Notes under the pieces: generated by a model | Told to the model about the DNA's origin: nothing | What the model saw: the letters and a program-made list of their open reading frames with translations, nothing else | Databases searched by the model: none | NCBI GenBank assembly: GCA_002245135.1 | Contig: NGBS01000038.1 | Span: forward strand, 1 to 61,851 | From: Proteromonas lacertae | Taxonomy: Eukaryota | Length of the DNA: 61,851 nt | Reading direction: 5' to 3' | Made by a program: the position numbers and the translations under genes | Shown here: positions 11,937 to 26,345 of the stretch, in pieces | Numbering within the stretch: the first letter of the stretch is position 1 | Layout: every line of letters begins with the position of its first letter

Positions 11937-13046
11937 ATGTTATTATTTTTACTTTCTATATTATCCTGGCTAGTATTTACCATTGTTGGAGTGATATACC
12001 TCGATGTTTTGAAGATAGTTTATGTAGAAGAAAAAGAGCAAGGAAAAAGTGAAACATGTAGTAACAGTAGTAGATATAAAATAAGAATGAATCCTCAGTA
12101 TTACAACCTCAGAACTGATGTTGATACAAAGAAAACAGCTGTTGTAGGTCTTTTAGCAATTTATAATACTTCAGTTGTTGAACCATTTTTTTATTCGTTA
12201 AGAAAAACCGGATACAAAGATGAAATAATCTGTTTCACTTTAGATAAGAATATAATGACATACTATAGGTTATTTCAAAAGTATGATGTAACTTATGTTT
12301 TATTTAAAAACAAATATCCATACTACATATCTAATAACAAAAACTATCCAATATCAAGCCAATTGTCAAGAAATATATCAAAAATTCCATTTGATAAGTA
12401 TTATTATGCTAATCTTCGTTTTTTTATGATATATAATTGGCTGTTAGTATATCATTCCATTTTTTCATACATTCTAACCAGTGATATAAGAGATACACTT
12501 TTTCAAAGAAATCCATTTGAATGGAACTACAACAGAGGAATATACTTGTCACATGAAACTCAACATTGCAGATATTCTGAATCTAAAGAATGCTGTAGAT
12601 GTAATTATGATTGGTTATATAATTTAAATCCACCTGAATATATACTAAATAATACATTTATAAACGCAGGTCAAATATTTGGCTCAAGTATAGAAATCAG
12701 AGATTTTCTGAAAGGTTTTACAGAAATAATGTATGAAATTCATTTAAAGAATAAAATAAGGAATGACACATGTGATCAAGGAATACTGAACTATTATGTT
12801 TACAATACAAGCGAATTTGATTATCCAGTGTATTTGTTTGAAGCAGAACATGGATTTGCTAGATCGATAGGTCTAGATTTGATTAGTAATAAATATGGTT
12901 TTGAACTGAATGATAATTTAACAATCGTAAATGAAGATGGAACAGTTCCAGTTATGGTTCATCAGTATGATATTGGATTAAAGTATGGGTCGGTTGTTAG
13001 AAGGATCAAGTTTAGACATTATTATGAGTATTATGTAGATATTTAG
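11937..13046 (+). CDS. Putative type II membrane glycosyltransferase (GT-A-like)
   Basis: N-terminal TM helix, RFF..Y, SDIRDTLFQRNPF (DxxD), INAGQIFGS, DQGILNY, HQYD; intronless. Confidence 0.7.
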   Translation: MLLFLLSILSWLVFTIVGVIYLDVLKIVYVEEKEQGKSETCSNSSRYKIRMNPQYYNLRTDVDTKKTAVVGLLAIYNTSVVEPFFYSLRKTGYKDEIICFTLDKNIMTYYRLFQKYDVTYVLFKNKYPYYISNNKNYPISSQLSRNISKIPFDKYYYANLRFFMIYNWLLVYHSIFSYILTSDIRDTLFQRNPFEWNYNRGIYLSHETQHCRYSESKECCRCNYDWLYNLNPPEYILNNTFINAGQIFGSSIEIRDFLKGFTEIMYEIHLKNKIRNDTCDQGILNYYVYNTSEFDYPVYLFEAEHGFARSIGLDLISNKYGFELNDNLTIVNEDGTVPVMVHQYDIGLKYGSVVRRIKFRHYYEYYVDI

Positions 13047-13129
13047 TTAAATATTAATGTATTGAGTTTGTTTTGTTTTTTTGTTTTGATGGATGCTATT
13101 TTTATCACTAAAACAAAATAAATTGAAAT

Positions 13130-13621
13130 TTATTTTTCGTGAGTTGCTGATAATATTTCTAAAGAACAATCATATCCAACTGATACATACGGATATAGAG
13201 GAGAAGGTATATCCCTATATAATAAAACAGGATATGAATAATTATGACTAATCCAAAACTCTCTTCTATTCATATCTACTATCATTTCATAAATTGAACC
13301 ATCTCCATGATTAAAATCTGGACAATTAACAAGAGCACCAAAATGAATAAAAGATCTATCCATTTGACAATGAGTTGCAAATGCCAAATAATCTTGAAAT
13401 AGTGTAAATGTATGCCCTTTAATAACATCAATTGCGTTTCCTTTATAGAATCTATACTTTATATGATAAATTCCATTTTCACATGTTATGTTTAAACCAT
13501 TAAATTTATCAGTCTTTCTTTTCATTTTTATTGTCTTTCTATCACTTGAAATATTACCAGTGTATTACATTTTAGTAAATCTCAAGTTGTTAAACATTTC
13601 TCTTTGAATTTGTTGATTCAT
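13130..13621 (-). pseudogene. SPRY/B30.2-like family member with in-frame stop
   Basis: DGSIYEMIVDMNRREFWI..PSPLYPYV. The frame extends upstream to ATG 13621 across a TAA at 13565-13567. Paralogous to 17410-18037. Confidence 0.55.
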
Positions 13622-14073
13622 TGTTATTAGAAGGCAAATAGCATTTCATCATTTTTGTGTAAATAAACACTTTACATAAACCAATAAACTATTTCTGTTG
13701 TATTTACATAGAGAATTATACAATTTTATGTAATGCACTTTATATAATAACATTAAATATTACTATTTCCACACAAGGACTTATATTCTCTTTATTACCT
13801 TAATATTTACAATAAATAATACTATAACGATTCTATCACCATCTAACTTACAATAATACTTTTGATATTAGTTTATACTGTTATTTTTTGATATTATCAG
13901 TATCACAATTCATTACTCCTCATTTCTGTACTTCATTGTATATTTTGTAACATATTAATCACAATTCCCCTTTTATAAACATCAAAAAATAACTACATAA
14001 GCATAAAAAAGAAAAAAATAATCTTTGATCGAAAAAATCCCCAAAAATCTGTTGTATTTTTGTTTATTACGAA

Positions 14074-17047
14074 ATGGAGTCTAGATTTGATCTAATATGT
14101 ATAATGTGATAAATTTATTTTTGTAGTTTCTAAATTTCAACTAAAATTGGATGATACAAAACAAGAACAGTTATATCCCTTCTTTGTTATAGAATTACCT
14201 GATGATGAAGTGAAGAGATCAAAGTTATCTCCACATTTTAGGCAAGATACTTCTACGTACAGTTGGGAAGATATAATCAAATACAAATACTACTCAAAGA
14301 ATCTCGCTAGATTAACTTTAGAATATCTAGTAATACAGGTGTGGTCGAATAAGAGTAATACAATAAGTGGTGCAAAGTTCTTGGGTGAGATAGAGTTAGA
14401 TATGCATAATCTATTTGTTGGTCCTCAACTTCACGAATGCACTCTTCTTCATGGTTCATTCAATGGAACATTATGTTACAATGTAGGTTCAATCCAATAT
14501 GCTTCAGTAGAAATCGAAGTAACTTCAATATCATTATCTGAAATCGATATAATCGATCGAAAAATCTATTTGACTTATCATTTATCTTCAGGAGAAAAGA
14601 AACAGAAATATCAAACATTAGAATACAGTAATAATAAAGCTGGTAAAAGTTGGTCATTTGAAAGTAAAAGTAATAGTACAATAGTAGATAATTTGAGTTA
14701 TTTTGATTTATGTGATAATGAAGGTGGTTTAATTGTAAGTTTAAGAGCGTCTAATAAATTCTTATCCTCGAGTAAACTAGGTGAATGTATTGTTCCATTA
14801 AAAGATTTATGGTTAAAGAATAACATAACAATTGATATTCTATTAAACACTCATGATCATAAAATCTACACTTTATCAATGACGTTATCAATCCATAATC
14901 CTCCAAAATATATTCAATCGAATACTGGTAAACACATTAGTAGAATAAATGAACATATGTTTAATGATTTACATATAATGGAAGGTGCTCATAAACTACA
15001 AAATAATACTGAATATATAAAATGTTTAGATTGTAAATGTGAACCTAGTGATATAAAGAAAACCATAACATTTTCTCCATTGAGATTTAATTTGAAAAGT
15101 ATATATATATATATATATTTACTTAAATAGTTTCAAATATAAGTTGTACAACTCGAAGTGCAGTTGATTCTCTGTTTCTTGAATTTCGAACAAATCTTCA
15201 ACCACCAATTTCAACAAACTTTATACCATGTTATAAATCCACAGGAACGAAGTTCTATTGGTCTGATTTATCCTTACCTCCAATCCAAACAAGTCGACCA
15301 TATTTATTAAGTCGACGATATTTAATAATCAAATGTATGGATAAAGTGAATGATATATTTTATGGTGAAAGTTATATCTCATTACACAACCTATTTACAG
15401 GTCCACCAAGTTATAGAATGGAAATGAATAATGGAACAAATGTTTTAATATCATTTGATGTTGAATGTGATTCTACAAGAGATATTAACTTGACTTTTAG
15501 TAATTTACATTTACAGAATTTCCCATTCAAAACAGCTAGTTATGTAACGTATATATTTTTTTAAATAATTTTGTTATTCTTCTTCTTTATTTAATAGAAT
15601 TGAAACAAATAAAGATGATCAAAAAGTGGAAAGCGATACTTGTACATATGGAGCTGATGGTCAACCCAATTATGATAATATTGATCCAATTATAATGAAA
15701 TACAGTACATCTCAACATAACCAACATGAATTAACACTAAATTTCAATATAAAAGATATTCATGGAAAATTATTAGCACATGTTAATTGTCCATTTTTGA
15801 ATTTAATTCCGTTTAAATTACACAACAGTTATACATTATATCTCAATAATGATATATCCAGTGATCATTCTCAAAAGGATAATGAAATGACGTTAATATT
15901 AGATTTAGATACTTGTTCTAATATTGATTCAATTGGTTTGTATGGTGAATATTTGCAATTAACATCTGGTATATATAAAATGGATAATTTGTTTTTACCA
16001 CCTGGATATAAACAATTAAAAGGTTTTTCTGATTTAACTCAATGTTGTACATGGAAAGCTCATTATGATCCAAAGTTATTAAAGAGAAGTATGTCTCAAA
16101 AGTCAGTTCAATTATCATTATATTCATTATTACCATCCTTAAAGAGTGAAGGTGATGTATTAGTTGTTGAAAGTAATATTGAATTACCAGATATGATTCA
16201 TTTATGTATTACAGTTGATACAATAGAAATAAAGAGGTGTGATGAAGAAAATACAAAGTTAAGAGAAATAGCTTATGATTTGTTAAGAGTTAAATTATTG
16301 GATAATAACAATTATAACACTTTAGAAATTGAATCTCCAACTATTAAGATAGTAATAAAGAATAAATTTGCGAGTGAATATGTGAAACAAATTGAACATT
16401 TGATTGAACAACATAATGGAATAAGTGAATTTTTACCTTTTAATGTTAGTGATGTTGTATATATATATATATTAATATGTTAATGTATGATATTTGAATA
16501 GAATATTGATTTAGATGTAGCTGTACCAACCATAAATCGTGGTCATAGATCAATTGATATAAACAGTATTAAGAATGGCGAATATAAATACAAATATCCC
16601 ATATTCACAGTATATATATCTTTAATATTATAATATTAATAGAAAACTCAATTAAATATCCAAGATTTACCTCCCAATTTTGAATATACTTCGCTTATTA
16701 AACCAATTCCAATTTCTATTCCTCCAGCACCAAAAATGACTGCTCCAGATCCAAATGATGAAAGTTATATAAACAGTAGTAACAATAATAACAACAATGA
16801 TAATAGTAACGATGTTTATAGTAATGTTTATTTACAGTGTAGTTGTTCAAAATTTACAGCAATTAAATGTGTTGTTTGTGGACAATATCCTGAGAATTTT
16901 ACTAGATGGGAAATAGTTCCAGCTGAATGTGAAAAGTGTGGAAATACAGCAATGGTTGCAAGAATAAAAGGAACTTCAATCAGTCAAAATTGCTCAAAAT
17001 GCAATAGTGTTTGTAAGATTAATGATAATAAAAGCATTGTATATATA

Positions 17048-17090
<43 letters not shown>

Positions 17091-17292
17091 GTGTTGTTTA
17101 AAATGTGTTTGTTCAAAGTTTTTCCAGTTAAATTGTAAGTGTGGTAAATTCAGTAGTGATAATAAATGTTTATATAAGATCAAATGTCCAAATTGTGAAA
17201 AGAAACAGTTGGTGAGTGTGAATGGTAAGAAATGTAGTAAATGCAAAAGTTTATTACCCAATTTTAAACCCTTAATTTGTGATACTAAATAA
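14074..17292 (+). CDS. Multi-C2-domain protein with Cys-rich C-terminus (multi-exon)
   Basis: C2-like motifs LVIQVWSNKS..KFLGEIELDM, KLGECIVPL and FYGESYISLHNLFTGP; many CxxC pairs at the end; exons linked by short GT-AG introns; stop TAA at 17290-17292. Confidence 0.7.
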
Positions 17293-17409
17293 ATACTTTA
17301 TATATTTTTATAATTGTATGTTTTAAAGTGAGTAAGAAAAAATCCACAAATCAAATCAAAAGCTGGATATTTCTATGTAAAAACATAAATTTTACATACA
17401 TATACAAAT

Positions 17410-18037
17410 ATGAGTTAATTAGATAATCAAGAGAATAAAATGAGAGAGCTAGAAGAGAAAATTTTACAATTGCAACAATCAAATGAAGATAAAGACAAAG
17501 CAACAAAAGAATTAAGAAAAATGTTAGCTTTAACAGATAGTAAGATAGAAATGGATTCTGTTAGATTTACAAATGGCAGCAGAGTTGTAAGAGAAGAATG
17601 CTTTTAAGACTTGAAAATGGAGAAAGGCATACATTATATCAAATATAAACTTATATTAATTAGTAGGAAAAAAGCACTCTTGCAGAGATATTCTCATATC
17701 CTTCTCAATAACATTAGGAATTTGTAAAAATAAAATAGATACTTACTATTCCTGTTGTTGTTATAATGAAGAATATGAAGAACGAAAAGATATTACAAAT
17801 ATATTTTCTATGTATTACATAGGAACAGTTGTTAATTCAAATCTAAATTTCATTAATCATGAAGATGGTTCAATTTATGAAGTGATTGTTGATATGAATA
17901 AAAGAGAATTTTGGATTAAAGATGAGGATTCATCTCCAGTTTTACTTATTAAAAATTTGCCTTCTCCATTATATCCATTTGCAAAAGCACGATATGATGC
18001 TTTATTGGAATTGTTATCTGTTATTCATGAAGATTAA
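17410..18037 (+). pseudogene. Coiled-coil + SPRY-like pseudogene
   Basis: C-terminus HEDGSIYEVIVDMNKREFWI..PSPLYPF matches 13130-13525. The upstream part has two in-frame TAA and a frameshift. Confidence 0.65.
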
Positions 18038-18155
18038 ATATCTAAACATCTATATATGCTTTTTAATATTGCTTAAAGAATTATATTTAACACTAAATTA
18101 ATCATAAAAAATAACCAATCAAAAATCATAATATATCAACACGAATTACTATTAA

Positions 18156-20542
18156 TTAAAGATTTTGATTTTGAAACTCATTTATTGTTCCTTGTACTGT
18201 ATGACATAAATTAGATTCTACATTTCTTAACAATCTTTCATTCTTTTGTTTCATCGCTAGATTTTCAGCTGTTAAATCTCTTAACTTGTTTTCTGATTCA
18301 GTCAATTTCTTCTGTAAATCAGCAATTGCCATAGCATGATCATGATTCAACTATAATAATATAATTTGTAAGATAGTCTTACTTGATCCATTATTTTGTT
18401 ATAATGACTTGTTGTGCTTAATTTATTCTCATCTAACTCCTTCTTCAAGTTAAATATCTCTGTCTGTTGATCAGTTACTTGTTTTTGTAAGGAATTATTT
18501 AGTAATTTGAGTTTTTCTTCACTTTGTCTTGCTGTATTATAAAGTATATTATTTTCGTCACATTTTGATTTTAATGTTAATAATTGAACTTGTAATTCAT
18601 TTATTGTTTTGGATAATAGTGTTTTATCATTCGTAAGGGCTGCTAATTGTTCCTAAACAGAATATATATACTAAAATATCAATATACTTTTAATATTTCA
18701 ACTTGCTCATTGGCTCTTTTCAAATTGTTTGTATTATCTTCGTTCTCATATAATTGATCAGTTATATTTTTATTTTCTCTTTTCAATTTCTCTATTTGAT
18801 CCAATAATCTTTCTTCTTTCTCATTGGATGATTGTTTATAACTATTAAAGTCATTTAATAGATTCATATATTCATTTCTATGTTCATTAATTATTTTATG
18901 ATATTTCTATATATCATTATTGTTATTACATTATATATATACTTCTCTTTTCTTTTCTAATTCTTTCATTAAATGACCATCTTTATCATAATTATCTTCA
19001 GTCTATAATAAAATATATAAATAAATAAGACACAATATTTTATATACTAATTTATTATTTTGTTGTTTTAATGCTTTATTCTGCTCTTCATATTGAGATA
19101 TTTCATACTTTAAACTTTCAATTTCCATTTCATCTTTATCAATAATTCCTTGCATTGTTTCTTGATTTGCTAATGAATTTACATAATTCGTTTTATATTG
19201 GTGTAATTCTTGATATAAATTTTCTGCATTTCTATTGGTTAAACTTTGTAACGACAATATTTTTTCTTCATATTCTTTATTTTGTTCTTGTAATTGATTG
19301 ATTTTTGATGTTAATAATTGTATTCTAATAAAATATAAAAATAATGACATAAAAAAATACAAACTATTTTTATCTGTTGTATTAACTTCATATGTGTAAT
19401 TATTAGTCTCATTTTGCATCCTTAATTCGTTTATAATTCTATTTTGTTCAGATATTTCTAGTTTATATTGTTGTATTTGTTTCTGCAATTCGTTATTGTG
19501 TAATTGATATTCGTTTTTTTCTCTAATTCTACACAAAATATCATTTTTAGCAACTTCTAAATCACTTTCTATCTTCTTTATTGCATTATCATCATTTGAA
19601 TCAATTATCTTGAATGGAATCGTCTGCTTCAATTGATTATCTTTTAAATATTTTCCTATTTCTGCAATATTTTTATCTGATATTATATTATTATTCAATA
19701 AACTAAATAAAATAGTAACAAAACAAAAAATACAATTCAGTAATGACTTTATTTGATTGTAATAATGAAATAATTGAATTTAAAGAAGCAGAACCTATTG
19801 AATTATCAGATAAATCAACACTATAGATAGATCTATTATAAGATAAAGCATCACATATCTTAACAGTATGATTATTATCTAAAGCATTTCTTTTCAGTGA
19901 TAATGTTAGCAGTGAAGAATTGATTCTTATAAAATGACATAAACTATCTAAAGCTTCTTCATACATTGATAAATAATCATTATTAAGACATAAACTATAA
20001 ATATTTATATTTTTTATATTTTTATACTGTTGTAAAGTAGAAGATATTTCTAATTCTCTAAAGAGTAAATCCCATCCAGTTTTTGATAAAGTACATCTTA
20101 TTAACTTTAGTGTTGATATTGCTAATGATATTACTATAATATATGTATAAATACTATGTTCTCTCATCCCTTGTGTCATTATATTCACTATTCTGTCAGG
20201 TATTGTGTAATCCTTAATTATTAATGTAGAATTACATGAATCCAATGTGTTTCTAAGTGAATCTTCGGATAAATTTCCACCTTGATATGATGTTGTTCTA
20301 TAATATTGTTAGTTACTGTAAATATACATAATTGGTTCACTTATTGTATTAATATCTACAAAATCGTTCATTGTATTTACTATTATCTAAATGATATTTT
20401 TATACTATCATAATCCTTGTTTAAGCCATAATTTGAATTGACTGTATCTAGTGGGTTAAAATCAAATGGATATCTTTCTAAATAAATAAATAATAACAAA
20501 GATACCTTGGTAATATGTTTCATAAGGGTTATAAACAGACAT
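18156..20542 (-). CDS. RNI-type leucine-rich repeat + coiled-coil protein (multi-exon)
   Basis: LLTLSLKRNAL..ICDALSYNRSIYSVDLSDNSIG..LLQSNKVITEL repeats followed by long heptad-rich exons; ATG 20542 with short introns. Confidence 0.75.
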
Positions 20543-20644
20543 TAGTTTTTAAATTTTCAAATAATGAAACGCATAGTTTTTGAACATGTGTTAATTAACA
20601 AAATTTTCATACACCATACAATCTTCTTTTATTGTGTTCTCAAT

Positions 20645-23600
20645 ATGCTTTATTGTTTTGAAGTAGAGGGGATGATGTGGTATTGACAAAATCAATATAT
20701 TTTATCTAGCATGGGTTCTTGTGGTAAAACAGTCCAGAATATTGTCATGACAATGAATGATTGCTTACTTGCAGCTGTAGACTTTCCCACAAAAATGCTT
20801 TACACTGTATTTGATGTATCAATTCCACACGAAAACATAATATTAGCAATTGAAAGTGTTGGCTTTTCAGGCAAGTTTGTATCAGAATACGAATTTGATC
20901 AATATCTATTTGTATCAATAGTATCAAAAACACCGTATATATTATATATATCTATATTTCATGTAGAGATTGTGATAATGCTGAAGTAGAAAAGTTCTTG
21001 GCAGAGAATCCATATATTGAATCTGCTCATATATTAGACTTTCAACAGCTTATATTAGTGATTGGTACTTCATCTGTAATAGAGTTAACTCCATTGTTAC
21101 TTTCAAAAGGAATAACAATTCAACCATATGAAGTAGAAAACTTGAATAAACCTTCATCGTCGTCATCATCTTCTTCTTCTTCTTCTTCTATTGAATCAAA
21201 TGGAAATAAAAAAGAATCAGAGGAAACAAACATCAAATCGATCCAAATAGAAGTAGAAAAAGATAGAGAAAAAGAAAAAGATGAAGAAAATGTAATAAAA
21301 GTTGCAGATTATTTCATCTCTGGTATGACATGTGGAAGTTGTGTTCATACTTTAGAAACATATTTAAAAACCTTAAAAGGTGTATTAAATGTAAGTGTTT
21401 CACTACCAATGCAATCAGGTCAAATTACATTCAATTCAGGATTAATCAACACTAAAGAAATATTAGAAAACATTCAAATCATTGGATATGATGGTAAGCT
21501 ATTAGATTTACACAATCAAAATGAAGTAAAAAATGAAAATGAGAATATTAATGAGTTTAAATGTAAAATAACCAATACAACATCAACTTTGAACTTTGAA
21601 ACTATTAAACAAAGGTTTTCAAAGACAGATGGAATAATCAGTTTGGATATTAATCCAGAAACAAGTGAATGTAAAATCAAATATTATAGTAATTTTATAA
21701 AAATACGAAATATAATAAAAGAAATCGATCAAATGGGAGTGAAAGTATTGACATTTTCTAAATCCCAATTTAACAATGTTGGATCAGATTTAAGAATGAA
21801 AGAAATAGAATCATGGAAAAGGTTATTTATCGTTAGTTTGATATTTGGCTTGCCACTTTTAATATTACATGTAATCACGATGTTATCTACCTCATTTCAT
21901 CATCAATTGAATCATATCATATTTTTAAATATTACTTGGAATGGTTTTTTAGGTTTTATATTAGCAACACCAATGCAGTTTTATGTTGGAAAGAAATTTT
22001 ATATTTCTGCTTTTAAAGGAATGAAACACTGTAATTTGGGTATGGATTTTCTTGTAAGTGCTGGTACTTCATTTGCTTATTTCTATTCACTGATATTAAT
22101 TATCTATTATTCAATATCTAAAACTAAGCCAGTGGAATATTACTACTTTGAAACTTCATCAACATTGTTTATGTTCATTATTTTTGGTAAATATTTAGAA
22201 TCAAGATCCAAAGCTAAAACATCCAATGCAATTGTTGAATTATTAGCGTTACAACCTCAAGAAGCAAGATTATTAGAAAATGATACAGAAACTATGATTT
22301 CTATTGATTTTATACAAACTGGTGATATTGTAAAGATTGTTCCAGGTGAAAAAATACCAATTGATGGAATAATAGAGACAGGATTGACTAGCATTGATGA
22401 ATCAATGTTGACTGGAGAATCTGTACCAGTGACTAAACAAGTTGGTTCAACAGTATATGCTGGAACTGTTAATATTGATGGTTCAATAACTGTGAGAGTA
22501 AATACAAACTCTTCATCTACTTTATTATCACAAATTACCAAGTTTGTTGAAAATGCTCAAATGAGTAAAGCACCAATTCAAAACTATGCTGATAAATTAG
22601 CATCTATTTTTGGACCAATTGTATTTGGTATTGCTATTTTTACATTCTTAATATGGTATATATTAATCATCACTAATGTTATACCTGAAAATTGGTATTC
22701 AGATGTTGGCAAATATACATTTCCATTATTATTTGCCATTAGTGTAATTGTTATTGCTTGTCCTTGTGCTTTAGGATTAGCAACTCCAACAGCTGTTATG
22801 GTTGGAACTGGTGTTGGTGCAAAATTAGGAATATTATTGAAGGGTGGAGAATCGTTAGAAGCAATTAATACAGTCAATACAGTAGCATTTGATAAGACAG
22901 GTACAATTACAGAAGGAGAGTTTACTGTTATTGATACAGTATTAGTAAAGAAGGTTTACAGTTTAGAGGAATTTTATTTTTATTTAGGAAGTGCTGAGAA
23001 TGGAAGCGAACATCCAATAGCCAAAGGTGTTTTAAAACATGTGAAAGAAAATAATATAAAAGTAAAAGAACCGATGAATTTCTCCAATTATCCAGGAAAA
23101 GGAATAGAATGTGAAATAAACCAACAAGTTGTTTGTGTTGGAACAGAAGAGTGGATGAAAGAAAATAATATTTCTATTCCAATAGAAATATTACAAACTG
23201 TCAAAACATATCAACATGAAGGTAAAACAATATTATATTGTTCATTAAATACTGAATTATTTGGAGTAGTTTCATTATTGGATAGAGTAAAAGTAGATGC
23301 AATTGAAACTATCAAAAATTTGAAATCTTTAGGTTATGATGTTTATTTAATCAGTGGAGATAATCAAGCAACTACTGACAATATTGGTAGAACCTGTGGA
23401 ATAACAAACTGTATTGCAGGTGTAAAACCAGAAGATAAATCCTCTGTAATAAAACAACTTCAAGAAAAAGATAATAAAAAAGTTGCTTTTATTGGTGATG
23501 GAATTAATGATTCACCAGCTATGGTTCAAGCAGATGTTGGTATAGCGATGGGTAGTGGTACACAAATAGCCATAGAAGCTGCTGATATTATACTAATGAA

Positions 23601-23865
23601 AAATCGACTATGGGATGTGATAGTATCGCTTCATTTAAGTAAAACTGTGTTTAGAAGGATTAAATGGAATTTTGGATGGGCCATGGGTTATAATTGTTTG
23701 GCTTTACCTATTGCTGCTGGTATATTGTTCCCTTTAACTCATGTTGGATTACCTCCTGAATTAGCTGGTTTGTGTATGGCTTTATCCTCTGTATCTGTTG
23801 TTACATCTTCATTGTTGTTGACAAGATATAAAGCTCCTTTTATTGATTCTGCACAACCAATTTAA
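20645..23865 (+). CDS. ATP7: Copper-transporting P1B-type ATPase (ATP7/CCC2 family)
   Basis: HMA motifs GMMCMGSC (split by intron 20680-20709) and GMTCGSC, then TGES, CPC, DKTGT, SEHP, GDGIND, YN and MALSS. Confidence 0.96.
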
Positions 23866-24014
23866 TTATTAAATTGTATTATTATCATTATTATTTTCTC
23901 TTTTGTTTATATATAATCCCAATACAAAATATAATTAATATTCAACAAAAATAAATGATAAACTATTTATAATTAGGATTTTACGAAAATGTAAGTAAAA
24001 AAGATAATATTAAA

Positions 24015-24527
24015 TTAAAAGAACGAGGGTTCTCTAGTTATATTTCTAGTGATATCTCCATTTTGAGATATATATCTGCGCATCTCTTCATTTTCTTGCT
24101 GTAATCTGTTTAACAATAGAATAAAATGAGTATATACTGTTTCAGTTGATCCGCTCCATTCACTATAGTACTCTTTAACACGTTACATTCCAGTTCTTTG
24201 GATTTTAGAGCATTTTGGATCTTTGTTCCTTCCACTTTCATCTGTTGATTCTCTTTTTCAAGATTTTTGGTTTTATCATAGTAAAATTTACACAATGTCT
24301 TCAATTGTTTTATCTGCTCCAGAAGAACAGATTCGTCGGCCTTCTTAGAGATTCTAAATAAGTTTATAAGAATTAAAATACTTCAGTCGTTTTACAGATT
24401 TGAGAGGGTCGTATAGTGGGCTTTGTCTTGGACTATCCATCCAATCTAAAAGGGCAAATAGTACAATAGTAATACTCAATTCATCTAGACCCCGTTTAAT
24501 AGGGTATGATACACTGGGAGAGTTCAT
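24015..24527 (-). CDS. Small hypothetical coiled-coil protein (multi-exon)
   Basis: ATG 24527; exons joined by short GT-AG introns, including ORF 24110-24304; stop near 24015. Confidence 0.5.
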
Positions 24528-24746
24528 AAGGTTTGTAAATGATAGATTAATTTGAGATTAAAGTTCAAAAAAGTCATATGACAGTTTTAATCAAAATAGA
24601 ATTGAATATTTGTTTATTTCTCTTTACATCGGAATTTTAAATGTTTGTGTTTCATATATTCCTTCTACACCCACAGATATATAACAAGTTATATATTTAA
24701 AAAAGATACATCAATTACTACAAGAATATAATTAACTAATCACCTC

Positions 24747-25569
24747 TTATTTTACGTAAGATCTTATAATAGTTGAAGTATGACCTTTCTTCATCGGCGT
24801 TGGACTATTAAATAAATAAAATATAGTGTAAATACCGTCTTGTTCTACTTGTCCACGCTTGCACAGTGTCTATATAATATTTATCACTAATATAAATATA
24901 CCTGTTGTGTGAAAAGCTTTTTTATCCTTCTATAACATTAGATATAAAAATATACTTTAATTGAGGTATGTTTAGGTTGAGGTGTATTGGATCTTCTATT
25001 TTTAACATTCATAAAAAGTAAATATACAATTTCATAGCAGTACCTGTTGTGTGTAATGTTGAAGTCAAAGCATCTGGTCTTATTGTCTGATCATCTAATC
25101 TAGGAGGTAAACTAATACGACGACCTTCTTCTATACACATAACAATAATAACAATATAATAAATACGTAATGCATTCTTAGCAATTGGATATTCTTTCAC
25201 TGGTATTACATCTCTCATCGTTCTAGCAGAGTTAGTAGGTAAAGTAGCATGTTGAACTGGAGATTTATAATTAAAGAACTTCTATAAATATTATATATTT
25301 CAATAAATACTGGTGGAGGTGGATGAACTTGTCTGTTATTGCCATTATTGTTATTTCCATTTTTAGTTGATACTGGTGTGGCTTTATACATAACTACAGG
25401 CTGTCGTTGTTGTTGTTCCTGTAACATATTATTATCATTTCCTTTGGGTGTAGTTAATGGTGAAGGAGATGGATCATATGCACTAATTAATTCTTTTCTT
25501 ACAGAATGCTTGATAAATAATGGAGGTGGAGTTTTCTTCTATTATAAAATAATAATAATAATAATAATA

Positions 25570-25603
<34 letters not shown>

Positions 25604-26309
25604 GTGGTGCTGAAGATGGTCTAATAGGTGGTGAAGGTGTAGAATTATTACTATTATTTGTAGATTGAGGAGTAGTGGAAGATGGTCTTGTAATAAATCT
25701 ATAATTATTAGTGATTATTGTTGTATTATTATTGTTTAAATTATTATTATTATTATTACTAGAGGTGGTAGCAGTATTGTTATAGCTACAACTATAAGCT
25801 GATGATGATGGTCTAGATGCTAGATTTCTTATAGTGTTGGAAGAATTGTTTGATGATGAAGATGGAGATTTTGATGTTGTTGAATTGCTATTGTTATTAT
25901 TATAAGATGATGAAGATGATGAATTTCCATAATATAAATTAGAATACTTACTTGATGAAGTAGTAGAATATTTCATCTCATTATTTGTATTAGATATATT
26001 ACTGGCTGTAGAATCTGATATAAAAACATTCTTTGTTCTAGCTGCAAGTTTTGATGTTGGTGATGATAATGGTGATTTTGTATCTTCATATATACTGCTA
26101 CTAGTGTTACTGCTGTTATTACTGTGAGTATTGATTGGAGTCATAGCTATCTTAGACATTGATGAAGTTGATGAGGTTTTTCGTAGTGTTGGTTCATTTT
26201 TACTTTCATTGGTAGATGAAGAAGTTGAGATAGTCGGATTTTGCTTGGGCTTGGGTTTTGGTTCAGAAATTGGACTAACATATCTAAATTAATATAATAA
26301 TAACAATCA

Positions 26310-26345
<36 letters not shown>

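Noticed and set aside
20478..20505. Intron with GTATCTTT donor as a U12-type intron
   Set aside because: Does not match GTATCCTT and has no TCCTTAAC branch site; only about 28 nt long.
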